Position numbers and translations under genes: made by a program. This document shows positions 1 to 12,848 of a stretch of DNA of 64,000 nt, one piece after another. A model generated the notes under the pieces. That model did not search any database. It was not told the DNA's origin and was given only the letters and a program-made list of their open reading frames with translations. This stretch comes from Nageia nagi (Eukaryota > Plantae > Pinophyta), in NCBI GenBank assembly GCA_050084985.1, contig JBITNC010000001.1:54994001-55058000 (forward strand). The letters run 5' to 3'. Every line of letters starts with the position of its first letter. Position 1 is the first letter of the stretch.

Positions 1-2570
1 TCATCAATTTCTTTTTGTTTCACTACAATCATGCCCTCTTTAAGTGGCTTTATCTTTCGAAGCTCCTTTGTGGGTACCTTAGCCAACTCTAATTCTCTAG
101 TCAATTTCTTTTGTGCAGCTAACTCCTTCCTGAGACTTTTAATCTCCTTTTCTTTCATCATCCCATCTTTGGTGATTGTCTCAGTGTTGGAGATAATTGC
201 ATGATTCCGACTAGCCAAACCAATAGGACCTATATAGATAATCTAATTTACTTGTCTGAGGTCTTCAGGTTGTTGGGGATTATCCTTGTCCGCGATTATA
301 GTCTTAATGTGAATCGCGTTATTGGCCAAATGCACATAAGTCTAGTTCTTACTCAGGCGAGTGGAGCTTTTTCCTATTTGATCATTCTCTTCTCTCACTC
401 CAACCTCCTCCCCGACATCCATGTTGAACACATCCAAACATGCCTCCATATTAACTCCCCATTCATCTGTAGGTGGTGGCTGATAAGTCTCAACAACTGC
501 TTCCTGAATGGTGGTGGTACTTTTCCTGGCCTTTTTCAAGGGTCTTGCCTTTTCTTCACCAAGTTCTTTGAAGGTTTCTATCCTTCATGACTATGAAGTT
601 CTCTTCAACTGGGCTCTTCTTTGTATTGTCTCTGAGGCCGGTCTCTCACCCTTCTCTGTAAATGGTTCAAAAGCCATGGTGTTCTAGCCCCTTCACTATC
701 TCCAAGGATTCGTCTTCTTGCTATGTATATGGGATGTTGTTGTGTTGCACGGCATTTGCCTCCTATTCACCTTCTGACTCTCCTACTTCTCCTTCTTCCT
801 CACGGTCATTAGGTTCGTATGCGGGACTAGTAGATGCAGACCTAGATAGAGGGATGACTGGTGATGGAAGTCCAGTTGCTTCTCTAGGTGGTTTGGATGG
901 TGTGGATGGATCCTTCTCTCTGTTCCTGACACATTATACTATCTTGTCAGTGGCCACCCGCTCTAGCTCTCTCACATCATGCTCATTAATGGTGTCCCTT
1001 GTTGTACTACTCATTCTACTGGGTTCTTGCCATGCATTAACGCATACTGTCCAACTGGTGCTTCAACTATGGGAGGAAACTGGGTGACCCTAGAAGTGGA
1101 CTCTTGAGGTCTTCTTCCTTTTTGTTGTGACAATCTCTTATTGATAGTGGCCTCAACAAGGTGTTGCTAGTCATGGGCATCCTTATGCATCTTTTCACAA
1201 ATCTTTCTCATCTCTACCTCGTTGCTCACATTTCGGAAAGGTTCCTCTTCTCCAAGTGGTTTGTGCTCATAGGCTTTCTTCTTTTCCTTCATGAAGAACT
1301 GGTGCAACCTATGGTCAAGGTCATAATGGTCGACGGTAGGCATCTTCTTGAAGTTAAATCTTGCCAACTCTTCTTTCATAGTGTCAATGTCTGCCCAAGA
1401 CTTACACTGGTATTCACCTACTATAATCGGCAAATTTGAACCAGCCAATTTCTTCTACCACACCTGTTCATGTAGATAGGCCAACTACCTCATAATCTCC
1501 ATAAGAAGCAATTTGTTGCTCACGAACCTTGGCAATTGATATGGCTACACGATTGACCCATGGATTTTGATAAAGGAATAGTGTTGGTGATGGAGGAAGA
1601 AGTCCCCATGCTTCCTCAATGCATCCTAGGCTGAGTTAGAGATCCTTGCCATTGTGATTTCTCCTTTGAGCTCCATGTAGATCTCATACTCCCATCCATC
1701 CCATCTCCTCTCAAGTTTCCATTTAGGGTAGAATCTCCAAATGGCATAGGTCCCCTTCTCGATCAATGCCAATTCTCCTTTTTTCGTAGTCCTGTATTTG
1801 CCATGAAGCAACATGTACACCAAGTATGAATTGAGGTAGAATTTGCGAGTGGTGCCTATGGATGATAACTGATCAACGATTGTGTCACTCAACACCTTGC
1901 TCCACCTCATCCTTGTCCCTCTAGCAAATTACATGATGAAGCCAAAGACCTCTTTCCTGAATTTCAAAGCATCTTCCTTACCAAGAACTCTGGACAATAG
2001 CAAGATCATCAACTCAATCGAAGGGTGGAAATTGGAATGAGGGGCATTTATGAGCGCATTCCCCCTAAGTCTATGATGCTCACCCAACATCCAATTCTTG
2101 ATTGCAATGGCGACCATGTTGGTCTCTTAATAGCATACCAACGATTGTGCCTCGTTGTACTCGAAATTTCCCTTTGAAGTCCACTGGAACGCCATTTTGA
2201 TGGTGTCGAGGCTGAAGTCCATGATGATGTCTCCTTTGAATATCATGGAGGACTCTTCCCCCCTTTTGCCAGTGATGACCAACCTCCATGCATAATTCTG
2301 GGAATGGAGCCGTGAAGGGTACGCATGCGCATGTGGAGAATCCAGAGAAGAAGACAATGTTTTGTTTGAGGTCACTGACAAGTAACTCCCGAATTTTATC
2401 TCTCATTTGCATAGGGTCGTCTTGCCAATGGTAGCAAGACCATTCCTCGAGAATCTAGCCCCTTGGGGAAGGGATTCTTGTCTTTCACAGATAGAGATGA
2501 TGCAATCTTGTCTCAATCGTTCGAGGTCCCTAGCAAAGTCCGAAGCCAAATTGCCCTTGGGAGTGGTCAT
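1..2570 (-). pseudogene. Frameshifted retrotransposon accessory (non-gag/pol) ORF
   Basis: Starts MTTPKG at 2570. Consecutive minus-strand ORF pieces (FPELCMEVGHHW, IIMDFSLDTIKMAFQW, WSKVLSDTIVDQL, FYLNSYLVY) end in a low-complexity coiled-coil-like tail. They resemble extra ORFs of conifer Gypsy elements as recalled. Confidence 0.5.
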
Positions 2571-3049
2571 GGTGTTCAAGCTTGCAACGAAATCTCTCAA
2601 GGGTGATGGGTTTCGAAGTGATGAAGGCACCCCATGTTGGATTGGCTTGCCCCCCAAATGCTTGTGCAAGCCCTAGGATGAAGTATGATGGGATTCAAGC
2701 TCAAAAATCTGCAATTTCCTGCTACTTTGGAGCAAAAGTGGAAGAGGAGCAAGTTTGAATTTGACAAAATGAAGTCCTAGGCTTGTATTTATAGCCCAAA
2801 TTGGCTTGCCTCTAACCCTAGTCGGCCAAGTTAATGAGCAAACTTGATCTTAGCCATTCATCTGGTCGGCCTCGAGATGTGTGCCTATGCCAAAATTTAT
2901 GCCAAGTTGCCTGTGACCTAACGTTGGGGTTTTAGGGGTCTTTTGGAATCATGCTCCAGCCCCTCTTGGATGTGATGGACTTGGTTCCGAGGTTTCGGGC
3001 TTCATGCCTTAGTCATTTTTCCTAGTTGGACAAATTGCAAGCCTTTCTG

Positions 3050-3450
3050 GGCTGGTCGCATGGTTCAAAAAGACATGATTGTGTCGTTTTGAGGCATGCA
3101 CCACTCTCCTGGGTACCTAGGATTCACTTCTTGATCCTTGAACTCGTCTAGTTGCTCTTTCCAATTTGGTCGCACGATTCAAAAAGACATGATTGTGTCT
3201 TTTGAAATCATGCGCCAGCCTTGAAGTGTCCTTGCCTTGTCTTTTTCAAGTTTCATCCCAATCTAGTCTACTCCCTATCCTTGGTACATGCTCTGAAAAG
3301 TCATGATTTCATCTCCTAGAGGCATGCACTGGCCCTGAAAGTGGCCCACATTGCTTTCCTGAGCCTCAACTTTAGTTTGGACGGCTCCTAGGTCCAGTCG
3401 CATGTTTCAAAAAGACATGATTGTGTCTTTTGAAATCATGCGCCAGCCCT
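3050..3450. repeat. About four diverged ~115-bp subrepeats inside the LTR-like region
   Basis: Core GGTCGCATG..TTCAAAAAGACATGATTGTGTC(G/T)TTTGA..CATGC recurs at ~3055, 3168, 3282 and 3396. Confidence 0.8.
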
Positions 3451-3759
3451 TGGAGTCATCCAATTTGGCTTGATCTTGTCCCAACTTGTCCTAGACTCTC
3501 CTGGCTCACCTAAGGTCAACTTCCTGTTTCCAGACTCAAGCCATTTTTCGTAAGAATTTCACATTTTCAGCTTGGTATGACTGACTCTGGACGAAGAATG
3601 AGGCTTAAACCTGAGGGGCTTGTCCTTGAATCCGGGCCTTCCAGCATCACTTGGGTTAGACAAGCCTACAAAATAGCAAAGTATTTACATGAGGCGTTGA
3701 GGGTCCCCAAAATTGCAGGATTTTGGGGCATGTTGGGTTTTAGTCACAACAAATTCTTT

Positions 3760-4095
3760 TATCCCAATTCAGCTAGATAGACAATACTATACAATCTCTA
3801 GATCTGTTTTGTGCAACTTCAGGTGCTAAAATAAGAGAGTCCAAATCAGAATTTTGGATAGTTGGTGCTGACTCCCTTCCTGAGAGTTTTTTACCTGCAT
3901 GGAAACACATGGGAGATGGGGAGATTATTCATTATCTTGGGATCCCTTTTGGCGAGTGTGTCTCGCTTAGTGATATGCGGAATTGATGCCTGCCAAATTT
4001 CAAAAAAGCTTCAAGCCTGGAAAAGTAAACTGCTTTCCTTTGCAGGTAACTTGGTAGTGGTGACCAAAATCATGCAAGCCTGTCATGTTTGGTAA
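3760..4095 (+). mobile_element. Short degenerate LINE ORF2 fragment (region C-terminal to RT)
   Basis: Translates to YLGIPF-like and KKLQAWKSKLLSFAGNLVVVTKIM, typical of L1/Tx1-type ORF2. Confidence 0.6.
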
Positions 4096-4733
4096 ATTTA
4101 GCTATTTCTTAAGTTTCTTGGAAGTTTGAAGTTGTAAGAACATGAATTTCCCAAACCACGGAAAACATGCAAAAAGTATGCGAGATCATATTATACGAAT
4201 GTGTATACATCTTTGTGTATGTGTATGTTCATATGTATAAATGTGTGTATCTGAGTAATGCACTCACAAAATAGAGACACACAGGAACTCGAAGCATTAC
4301 TTGTTTATTTGTTTCATTTTTATATTGCATGCTTATCCTGAATTTTGTGAAGGGGCTATGGAGGGGCCAAAACTGTATTTAAAAAGGAAAACAAAATTAA
4401 GCCTGCAACATCCTTCATCGACCCACTAATTTCCACAAGTTTGAGCATAGGCATTTATTTCCATGTGGAAATGTTTATAATAATTCCAGGACATTTGATA
4501 GATGCTTTACTCAAAGAAATTTTTCAAGACATAAAACAATGCATAAGAGACATTCCCAGTAACATAGATCTGTACAAAAACAAGATAAGAATGTCTACAT
4601 TTCTTTTTCAACTCCAGTTTTCTTAGCTTTGTATCGTAGAAATACCAAATCAATGCAGTTCTGTCACCAGGCAATGTAAACATAAAGAATCTATTAAAAA
4701 TAGAATTAAATTAGTTGTGGATGGTATTCAAAC

Positions 4734-4808
4734 CATGGAACCCCCAACTGATGTAGAATACGTCGTACTTCCAGTAGGAGTGGCCACTATAATCCCATCA
4801 GCTTGAAC
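4734..4808 (-). pseudogene. NADK2: NADK2 exon VQADGIIVATPTGSTTYSTSVGGSM
   Basis: 75-nt phase-0 exon with AG/GT boundaries. It is a degenerate form of the NAD kinase TPTGSTAYS..AGGS motif. Confidence 0.92.
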
Positions 4809-4919
4809 CTGGTATCAAAGGAAAATAAGAAGTCAATGGACCAAAACATTAATTGATTGCACGAAAGAAAACCAAAATCAATGAAATGAATTCAAAATTA
4901 CAAACCTAAAGAAAATTAC

Positions 4920-5141
4920 TTTTGTAATGAGGTGATTGTGCTCATAACAAATCTTGCAAAGATAAGTATTGGAACCTTGATCAACCATAACTTTATTAGG
5001 AACATCAAACACTTTCCCAGGCATAGCTTTTTCATTGCTAAATATCTCACAATGCAATCACATTCTGAGTGTTATGTAAACTCCTTCTGTTGTATTATTA
5101 CCATGAATAATGACACTCAAATCTATCTCGTAATCTATAAA
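4920..5141 (-). pseudogene. NADK2: NADK2 exon FIDYEIDL...GVYITLRM*LHCEIF...VFDVPNKVMVDQGSN...LITK
   Basis: In-frame TGA at 5058-5060 where R is expected. The conserved LNE motif reads PNK. AG/GT boundaries. Confidence 0.92.
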
Positions 5142-5823
5142 CTGTTGATTTTTTTTGGATGAAACGACTTTAAATTAAGAAAAAACTAATCATACAAAAA
5201 AGGAGCAGGTGGGATTAGCACAACCTGAAAGTCACATTAACTAAACAGTTAGGAAACAAAATAAAGCTCGAAAACCTCAAATATGACAAAAAACCACATA
5301 AACTCCTTACGGAGTGCTACAAATATCAGCTAACAAGCTAGTCAGTTTCAGGCTCATTAGGAGGACGAAAATTGTTTGTCTGTCCCAGGTAAGCCCAACC
5401 ATGATTAGTGCTATCATCATTGCTCGAGCCATCATTCTCCCCCGACTGAGCAAGTAGCTGAGGAGTTGGCACATCTCCCATTGTGGACACAGTCCCCCAA
5501 TTGCATTGTGGTTGCATGTGAGGGTCATCACCCTATGTCGTCCTCGGAGGAGAAACACACGGTTGCACATCCCAGCCCGACTGCACACGGGAGGAGCAAG
5601 GAGCAACAAAGCGGAGTCTCTTCAAGTTTGAAGGTGGCTGGGACCAATGTCAAACAGGTGACAAAGGAAGCTGGCGAGGAGGGGAACCCCAACTCCAAGG
5701 TTGAGTCTGTCCACCCAAAACACCCCATCACTGAGTCTGTTGATGATAAGGAGGCCGATCAAAAGGGAGCCAACTCATGGCACAGGGAGCATTGGCCCAG
5801 TAGTCCAGCATGTTCCGTAAGTG

Positions 5824-8800
5824 CTAAACCTCCAAATTTACTTTCTCCACTTGAGCAATAATCTGCAACCATGTATCATAGAAAATGGCATATTTATTAG
5901 AAAGAGAAAAAAAAACAGAAGCTCCTTCTCTGCCAAAAATGATGTTATTTCTACTCTTCCATAAATAAAATAGAACAGTAACACAGAAGATGTGCCACAC
6001 TTCAAGTAAGGGTTTTGAAAATTGCAAAGGAACACCCAAGAACAAGGCGTAGCAGGGAATTGGTTAAAAAAAGAAAAAATCCAATCCCAAACAACTTTAG
6101 CTTTTGAACAGGACCAGAAAACACAGAGGAAATCTTCAGGGGAATTACAAAAAGTACAAGTAGGATTAGGGACCCCCAAGTAAACTCTACAGATACCAAT
6201 AGGTAAACCTTGGTGTAATAGACTCCAAGAAAAAAACTATCCTTAGGTTCAATATAAGATTTCCAAACTGTAGTGAAGTGCAGCTTCCATCTTGACTAAG
6301 ATGAAAGAAGATCCTATCTGTTATTCAAAACGTCAAGCATGGGAACATGAGGTGAAAGCCAAGAATGACCCAGGTGAGGTTTATACTTGAGCAAATGAAC
6401 ATTGTTAGGCAAGACCTAGTCTGCCCACCAAGAAGGTTGAAAGACCTTGCCTAGCCAAACCCAAATTGTGAAAGAGGTTTTATCAATTAAAAACTCAAAA
6501 GTTGACTTATCACCAGGCGAGAGCCCATGCAAGCATCTGAACTTATCCCAAGTATACCAACTCTTGGTCTAAACATCATAAAGATCCTGAAGAGTCAATA
6601 CCCTTTTTGTGAAATCTTAAAGCATGAATCCATTGCACCTATGCTAAAGGTGTGCCATCATAAGTAACGGCTGGGGACCACCACAAACTAAGGGAGGAAC
6701 AAGAAGCTCCTGAGCCTCGGCCATTTCATTGCCAACGGAGCCAAGGCTTCCCAAGCCTTCCATATGCTTTTGACAACAAAAGAGTCAGATATATTGAACT
6801 GAACAAGGCCAATGAGAACAATCTGCAAATTTAATCCATTCCACACCCTTCTGCGCAAGGGGAGGCTTGTGGAAAGGCAGTACCTGATAAGAATTTTCCA
6901 TGCCTCATTACCTTGTAAGGCTCGCAGAATCCACTTAGCACACAAGGCAAAACCTTGATGGTTACAATTGAAAAGCCCCATGTCTCCATCCGCCCTAGGG
7001 AGACAACAAATGTCCCAAGCAACTCTACGGAATCCTTTTTTGTTTTTATCTGAGGTCCAGATGAAATCTCTCAAAAGTCTATCAAGCTTTTGATAGCAAT
7101 TCTTTGAAGGAACCCAACAAGCTGAATAGTAAACATGAGTCGAAGCTAACACCTTGGAGCAAATCTGAAACTTTCCTGCTAAAGAAAGTTTCTTAGTGGA
7201 CCAATACTCCAACAAATTCTCCACTTTCTGGACAACATCACTCCATACCTAAGCAGAGGAGGCGTGAAAGGCAAAAGTGATCCCAAGAAACTTAAAGGTC
7301 TCACCCGGTTGGATCCACTTCCAAGGATAATGAGATAGCCAGGAGTGTCTTTAGGAGACTGTTTATAGCAAGAAGTCTTCTGCCATTGAATACTCGAACT
7401 CGAGGCCAAACAAAAGGTATGCAAGCATTGCAGGGAAGTAGAAATAGATTGCTCATCTTCTTGAAGGGTGAGGAAAGAATCATCAGCGAAATGACCATTA
7501 ATGAGCTGATTCTAGGAATTAAGGAGAGAGATACCCTTAATACGACCTTGAGAAGCACGGTGGGCCAACAAATAACTAAAGGCTTCAACTGCCAACACAA
7601 AAAGAGAAGGGGCCAAAGTACACCCCTGGCGGACAGAACGGGCTAGAGTGATAGCTTGAGATTGAGACCCATTCATGGTAAGAATAGCAGAGGCATCTTG
7701 GAAAAGCATTTGAACAAAGTGAAGAAACAAAGGACCAAACCCAAGAGCCTTCAGCATGGCAAGAATGAAATTCCACTCAATCCTATCATAAGCTTTTTCA
7801 AAATCGATTTTAATGAATAAGGCCTCTTGACCAAACTTCTGAGCCCATTCCATACCTTCCCAAACTACAATAACATTGTCCAAGATATACTTGCCTTTAA
7901 CAAATCCTGTATGCTCCAGTCAAATGACAAGAGGAAGAATTGGCCAAAGCTTGAGAGCAATGACTTTAGCAATGATCTTGTAGTTGACATTCAACAAGGT
8001 GATTAGCCTCCAGTTGGTAATCACTTCAGGATCTCCAGCTTTGGGTATAAACTTAATATTTCCTTTGTTAATGATTGCTCCCAGGGAACCCAACAAAATG
8101 GCTTCTTTGTACACATGAAGAAGATCAGGCCCAACCATGTCCCAAAAGGTCTTGTAAAATTCATAGGGGAAGCCATCAATACCAGGGGCTTTATCTTTAG
8201 CCATTTAAGCCAAAGCAGACTTAAGATCCTCAAGGGTGAGAGAAAAGTCATAACATTCCCTCTGAGCTTGGGAGAGCTTGAGAGGTATGATACTAGAACA
8301 CTCATTCATAGCCTGTTGGTGAGCATCACTAAAGGGTTGAGAGGCAAAAACACCCTAATAGTGATTAACAAAGGCTTGAACAATATCAAGAAAGTGAGTC
8401 AATCTATTATCATTTAATTTCAAGGCCTTAAATTGAGTGGAACGAATAGGGAGCCTGAGTCTTTTGAAAAACTCCTTGGTAACTCTATCCCCAACTTTGA
8501 GCCACTTGAGCCTAGCTTTGATCTGAGCCCCTTTGGCTTCATAAAGATCAGCTTTCCTTATTTCATGACGAAGAGCAACAACTTGAGCTTGAATAGAACG
8601 GTTAAAGGGATTCTTCTCCAAAACTTTAGAAGTTCTAATAAGCTCAATTCTTAAAGTCGAGTTAGCAAAATCAACTCTAAGAGTCCAAAGAACTTTGGTA
8701 GTTATGGATATGGCATAGTTCCACCAATGAATCCAGCCTCTTTCTCCAGACGGTCGAGGGATTAAGTTCTAGATATGGTAAATATGGGACCGCATGGACT

Positions 8801-9631
8801 CAGAATCCAGAAAAGAAGTGTGCAAATACCACTAGGACTTAAAGATACGAGCAGGGAGCTGAGAATGGTGAATTCTGAAGAAAATAGGAGCATGATTAGA
8901 TAAAGTAGTACCAGGAACCACAAAAACAAAGGGAAGAGCTGGATTATGACGGTCAAAATGAAAGCAATCACTTTTAGAGGGCATAGCTCTATCTAGCCTT
9001 TTAATAACCATTGAGTCACCACTTTGCAAATTGGACCATGTAAACCATTGCGCATCAGGAAAATCATTGAAGGTAAAGCAAGAGTTGGGGTCATATAAAT
9101 TGAGCTTGTTTTTAAAGAAAAACCAAGCTTCTCTTTCACCCAGACACCATAGCATGGGGTTAAGACATTTCTTATCAACAGGTTTTTCTACCATATTGAA
9201 GTCTCCACAGACCATCCAAGTAGCAAAGGGCAAGGAGAGGAGCAAGCCAATTCCACAAGGACGTTCGCGCATGAGCATTATTAGAAGCATAAATATTAAC
9301 AATGCCAAAAGGCTTTCCACACATCTCAAGCAAACCCAGACAACTTGATTAGAGGGGTCCACGCCCCATGAAATAACATTAGAGTACCAATTTGGGGAAA
9401 TGAAAATGACAACACCTCCGAAGCCAGTCTCATGATTGGTAGAGAGAGAGGGGCCACTTGCCCAAAGAAACTTCAAGTACACTAAAGTAAAAATTCTGAA
9501 ATCTTGACTTCTTGCAAATAACCAAAATCCACTTTAACGATAAAGAGACTGACATCATCAATCTCAATACAGACTGTGTATTAACAAGATGGGTCCGTTA
9601 ATCCCCTCACATTCCAAGAAAGACAATTCAT
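5824..9631 (-). pseudogene. LINE ORF2: endonuclease, reverse transcriptase and zf-RVT; disrupted
   Basis: Starts MNCLSWNVRG at 9631. Contains CGDFN, KAPGIDG, IKIDFEKAYDRIEW, RQGCTLAPSLF, HFADD (~7478-7493) and CTFC..FWSC. Many frameshifts. Confidence 0.92.
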
Positions 9632-9639
9632 TGAGACAT

Positions 9640-10840
9640 GTTAGGGTTTTGAACTTGCATGACATTCTCACTACTCCTCAGAGCATGCAAGGCAAAAAAA
9701 GCATTACCTTGATGCACAACGTCCACTTCACGACATTTTTCAACAAGTGCCTCAGTACCACCTCAATAGGGGCTCCGAGAGCACCTAGCACATGTGCCAG
9801 AGGAAACCTCTCCTAGCCATGCAAAAGGTGGTATAGAAGCAACAAACAAATACGAGGGACCAAACCACAGAAAACTCGAGGACACATGGAACAGATTCAA
9901 CTTGAGTTGACTGAGGAACAAAGGGACCTTACGGTTCAACATGCACGCTTTGAGCAATGGGACGCATTTGAATAGGCAGATTCTGGGGCCATGGCTAAGC
10001 TACATGAACATGCGAGTTCGGCACAAACCCATGAGAAGCATTATTACGGTTCCAACGGTCGGTGATAAAGGTCCATTCATTTTCCTAGCAGTAGAAGCTG
10101 GTGCGGGGGCATTCATCGTGGGAGCAGTCGACGAGGTCAGGTCTTTGAATTTTCCCTCCATAAGAAGACACTTCCTAATCTTATGGTGAGGCGATTGGCA
10201 CTGAAAATAGGTATCGGAGAGATAAATGTACTGGACCTTCTAGAGGATCAACTCATTCTCAATGATAATCTCAACTTCATCTAGCCGATCTTTAGTGAGG
10301 TCAAGCTTAACACAGACCCGCCAAGTAGGTCGAGCCATAAAAAACCTTTCAGGTTCAAAGCAAACAAAAGACCCTATTTGCTCAGCACAAGATCTCAAGA
10401 AACTCCAGAGGGTATAAGGCAAGTTCGAAAATTCAATCCAAACCAAGACTTCCAAGGAGGAACTACATTCCATGGAAAAGGAGCTAGAATACGGTTGCAG
10501 CACAAGGAGGGATGCTCGGACCTTTCAAGGTCCTTTGGACAAGATTTTCTTAACATGCATAGGATAAAAAAAACGAAACAAAAAATACCCTTTTGTCAAG
10601 TTCTGGACATTTTCAACTTTAAACCCATAAGGGCCCCAAACCTGGGAAATCCATTGACGCAGAATAGTATCACTAGGAATCCTACCAAGAAAGTAACCAA
10701 CTAGGTGGTGCATTTCAAACCATTCGCAGGACTTTTTAAAATCTTGAATAGGAATGTAAAATTTGGGGATATGGGAATTACCTAGCTCTCCACCTTCTAC
10801 AGGAACTTATGTGGCTTCTTCCCGGGAGTCATCTTGCATG
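9640..10840 (-). pseudogene. LINE ORF1 (DUF4283/RRM-like plus zinc-knuckle region); disrupted
   Basis: LVGYFLGRIPS..LRQWISQVW..NLTKGYFLFRF, VWIEFSNLP..LW and RVCVKLDL. Confidence 0.85.
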
Positions 10841-11199
10841 GCAATCGATTCACTATGAGGTAAATCAAGGGAATGAGACTCAAACATACTTAACCAGGAT
10901 GGGTTCACCTTCCAAGGTGACGAAAAGACAGGGAGATCAGTACAGGGAATTACTCTCACATACGCAATCAAGTGTACTAACGATTTGACACAAAACAAGG
11001 AAAACCTAGGTGCATACGAATACTGACTTGCAAACACAATTCCAATCCAGCTTTTTGAATAGAGGAAGAAGAATAAATGTTTAATAAAGTGTTGATTTTG
11101 AAAAACAAATGAATAGAATAACAAGTATAGATATAAAAATAATCCAAAACAAAAGGTAAATTTCAAGTTATGTTGACTTTAGTAAGTTTAGATGATTAC

Positions 11200-11340
11200 A
11201 AGATGTGCTATGAGAAATCCAAGAGACCAAAGGTTGAATGAAGCGATAGGAGGTACTGCCTTACGAAACAAGTTTGATGCATGGGTATCACACCATCACC
11301 ACCCAAGCAAGCAACACAGTCAACTCTTTCGTGAAGATCA
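11200..11340 (-). pseudogene. NADK2: NADK2 exon DLHERVDCVACLGGDGVI/HASNLFRKAVPP...LGFL
   Basis: GGDG motif is present. A 1-nt deletion at ~11283-11285 makes the exon 141 nt rather than 142. AG/GT boundaries. Confidence 0.92.
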
Positions 11341-11489
11341 CTGCATCAAGAGGAAAGTTCCCACAGAATAATTAACTTGAAGTACACCATCCTATTTGCA
11401 TTTTTGAACTACATAAATGACCAATTAACCCCGCAGTATTCGATAGAGTTAATGATGAGAACTTTCAGTAACTTAAATTAAAAATATAC

Positions 11490-12848
11490 CCAGTATATTG
11501 ATTGTAAAAGGTTAGAACAAATCCAAATCCAAGGATTCTTGCAAAGATGTCATGCACCTCAAGTTCCATAACAACATTCATTCTGTGACGTTCCCCTTGC
11601 ATAAATATAATTAATTATGAAATCCAACGGATACCCCTTTGTATTATATTTTATTATTATGTTGTGCTTTAAGTTAATACTTGGGCTAGAAGACTTAATA
11701 GGTCATTGGACCCCATTGTGAGCCCCAAGTGGGACATCTCCCTCCCAAGCATAGATTAAGTGTTTTAATGTACTTGGAGATCCTGATCATGATTGTGGGA
11801 ATCCATATGTCTATTTAGCACTTAGGTGGATGGATGAGCGCTTGTATACATGCGTCAACCTTGGAGAGACTCCTATACCCCCACGTTGGCCCACGATGAC
11901 ACCCTAGCACCCACGCATGACTCCTAGACCCACGTTAGGCATGTGTGGCACTCCAAACCCCCACGTTGGCACTTATGGCTCCTAAACACCCACGCTGAAC
12001 ATGCCTGACCCCTAGGCCCCCATGTTGGACATTCTGGCCCCAAGAGCCTAGCATTGGATTAGAGGAGCCGAGTAATGACTCCTAGGTGAGATCCAGATCC
12101 AATAAAGTGTTATATAAGGCGTTGGAGCCTCATAGCTGGATATACATAATATTATTATTATCATTGATACCGTCTTGTGGACAAGAGTCTTAGTGCAATG
12201 CTAAGCAAACCCCTAGGTGCAACATCAAGGAGGATTAGCAGGCTGAGAGATCCTATTAGTCTACAGCATTGGTGTAGCACCCTTGCCCATTCGGTGGTAT
12301 TCCGAGGTTGCACTTCTACCTTCAATGGTTTCCAGGATAAGAAAAGGGCTCCTTTGATGGAGAGGATTCAAGTTCTAGGGGAGCAAGACTATCCCATTTG
12401 TTCGTCTAGTTTGAGGATACACATTGTGCCCTAGTTGGCTCCTTGAAGGCCAACGTCATCCCTATTGAGCCTGGTATTGTATTGTTGCTACATTCATATC
12501 TTATATACAGCCATTGGGTAGTTCTATCTCATATTATTTTGTGCATTTGTCCATTATTGCAACGTTGTGATATGTTTATCCATTTATGCATGTATGAGCC
12601 AGACATTGGCATTGTAAGGGTTTGAACATTGATACCTGCTTGCCTTGGCCAGTCGTTGGCATTATTGTGTTGTGTGAGCTTGTAATTGATGCCTTAACCC
12701 TAACATTGGCATATTGAGGTTGTTTAAGCTTGTATTTGCACTTCTAGACTAGACATGGGTGTTTGTTTGGTTGAATTTCCTAATTTGCACTTGAGATTGT
12801 AATTGGTTCTTTACACATTCCTTCTTAATAATAAAGATAAGAAGCTAC
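11490..12848 (-). pseudogene. NADK2: NADK2 exon VASYLYY(Q/*)EGM / NVVMELEVHDIFARILGFGFV, split by a solo LTR
   Basis: The 5' part is at 12816-12848 and the 3' part at 11490-11583. The frame rejoins when the LTR and one TSD copy are removed. Confidence 0.9.
11584..12815. mobile_element. Solo LTR, 1232 bp
   Basis: TGTGA...TTACA termini. Perfect 5-bp TSD CATTC at 11579-11583 and 12816-12820. Non-coding, with internal ~30-bp repeats (CCCACGTTGGC) at ~11870-12060. Confidence 0.9.

Larger units (their letters stand above)
1..3751 (-). mobile_element. Terminus of a Ty3/Gypsy-type LTR retroelement that runs off the left edge of the window
   Basis: The minus strand begins TGTTGTGACTAAAACCCAACATGCCCCAAAATCC at 3751, an LTR-like TG start. 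A TATA-like CTATAAATA lies at ~2787-2795, followed by a broken accessory ORF. No gag/pol motifs are in the window. Confidence 0.55.
5153..11089 (-). mobile_element. Full-length degenerate LINE (L1/Tx1-like) with 10-bp target-site duplication
   Basis: TSD TGTTGATTTT at 5143-5152 and 11090-11099. Short poly(A) remnant (T run 5149-5156, overlapping the TSD). ORF1 and ORF2 remnants. Confidence 0.92.

Noticed and set aside
4400-4570. Strong acceptor-like site (TTTTTGTACAG on the minus strand) as the next NADK2 exon
   Set aside because: No frame gives VHPNVPC-like sequence, and all three frames stop quickly.
5142-5190. Possible U12-type intron (A-rich acceptor, TTCTTAAT branch-like motif)
   Set aside because: The donor is GTAATC, not GTATCCTT, and the A-rich tract is explained by the LINE tail and TSD.
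201-10704. Plus-strand ORFs in the ORF track (e.g. 201-590, 662-1087, 5466-5861, 8115-8417, 10378-10704)
   Set aside because: They are antisense shadows of minus-strand TE sequence with no recognisable motifs. The exception is 3862-4095, reported as a LINE fragment.
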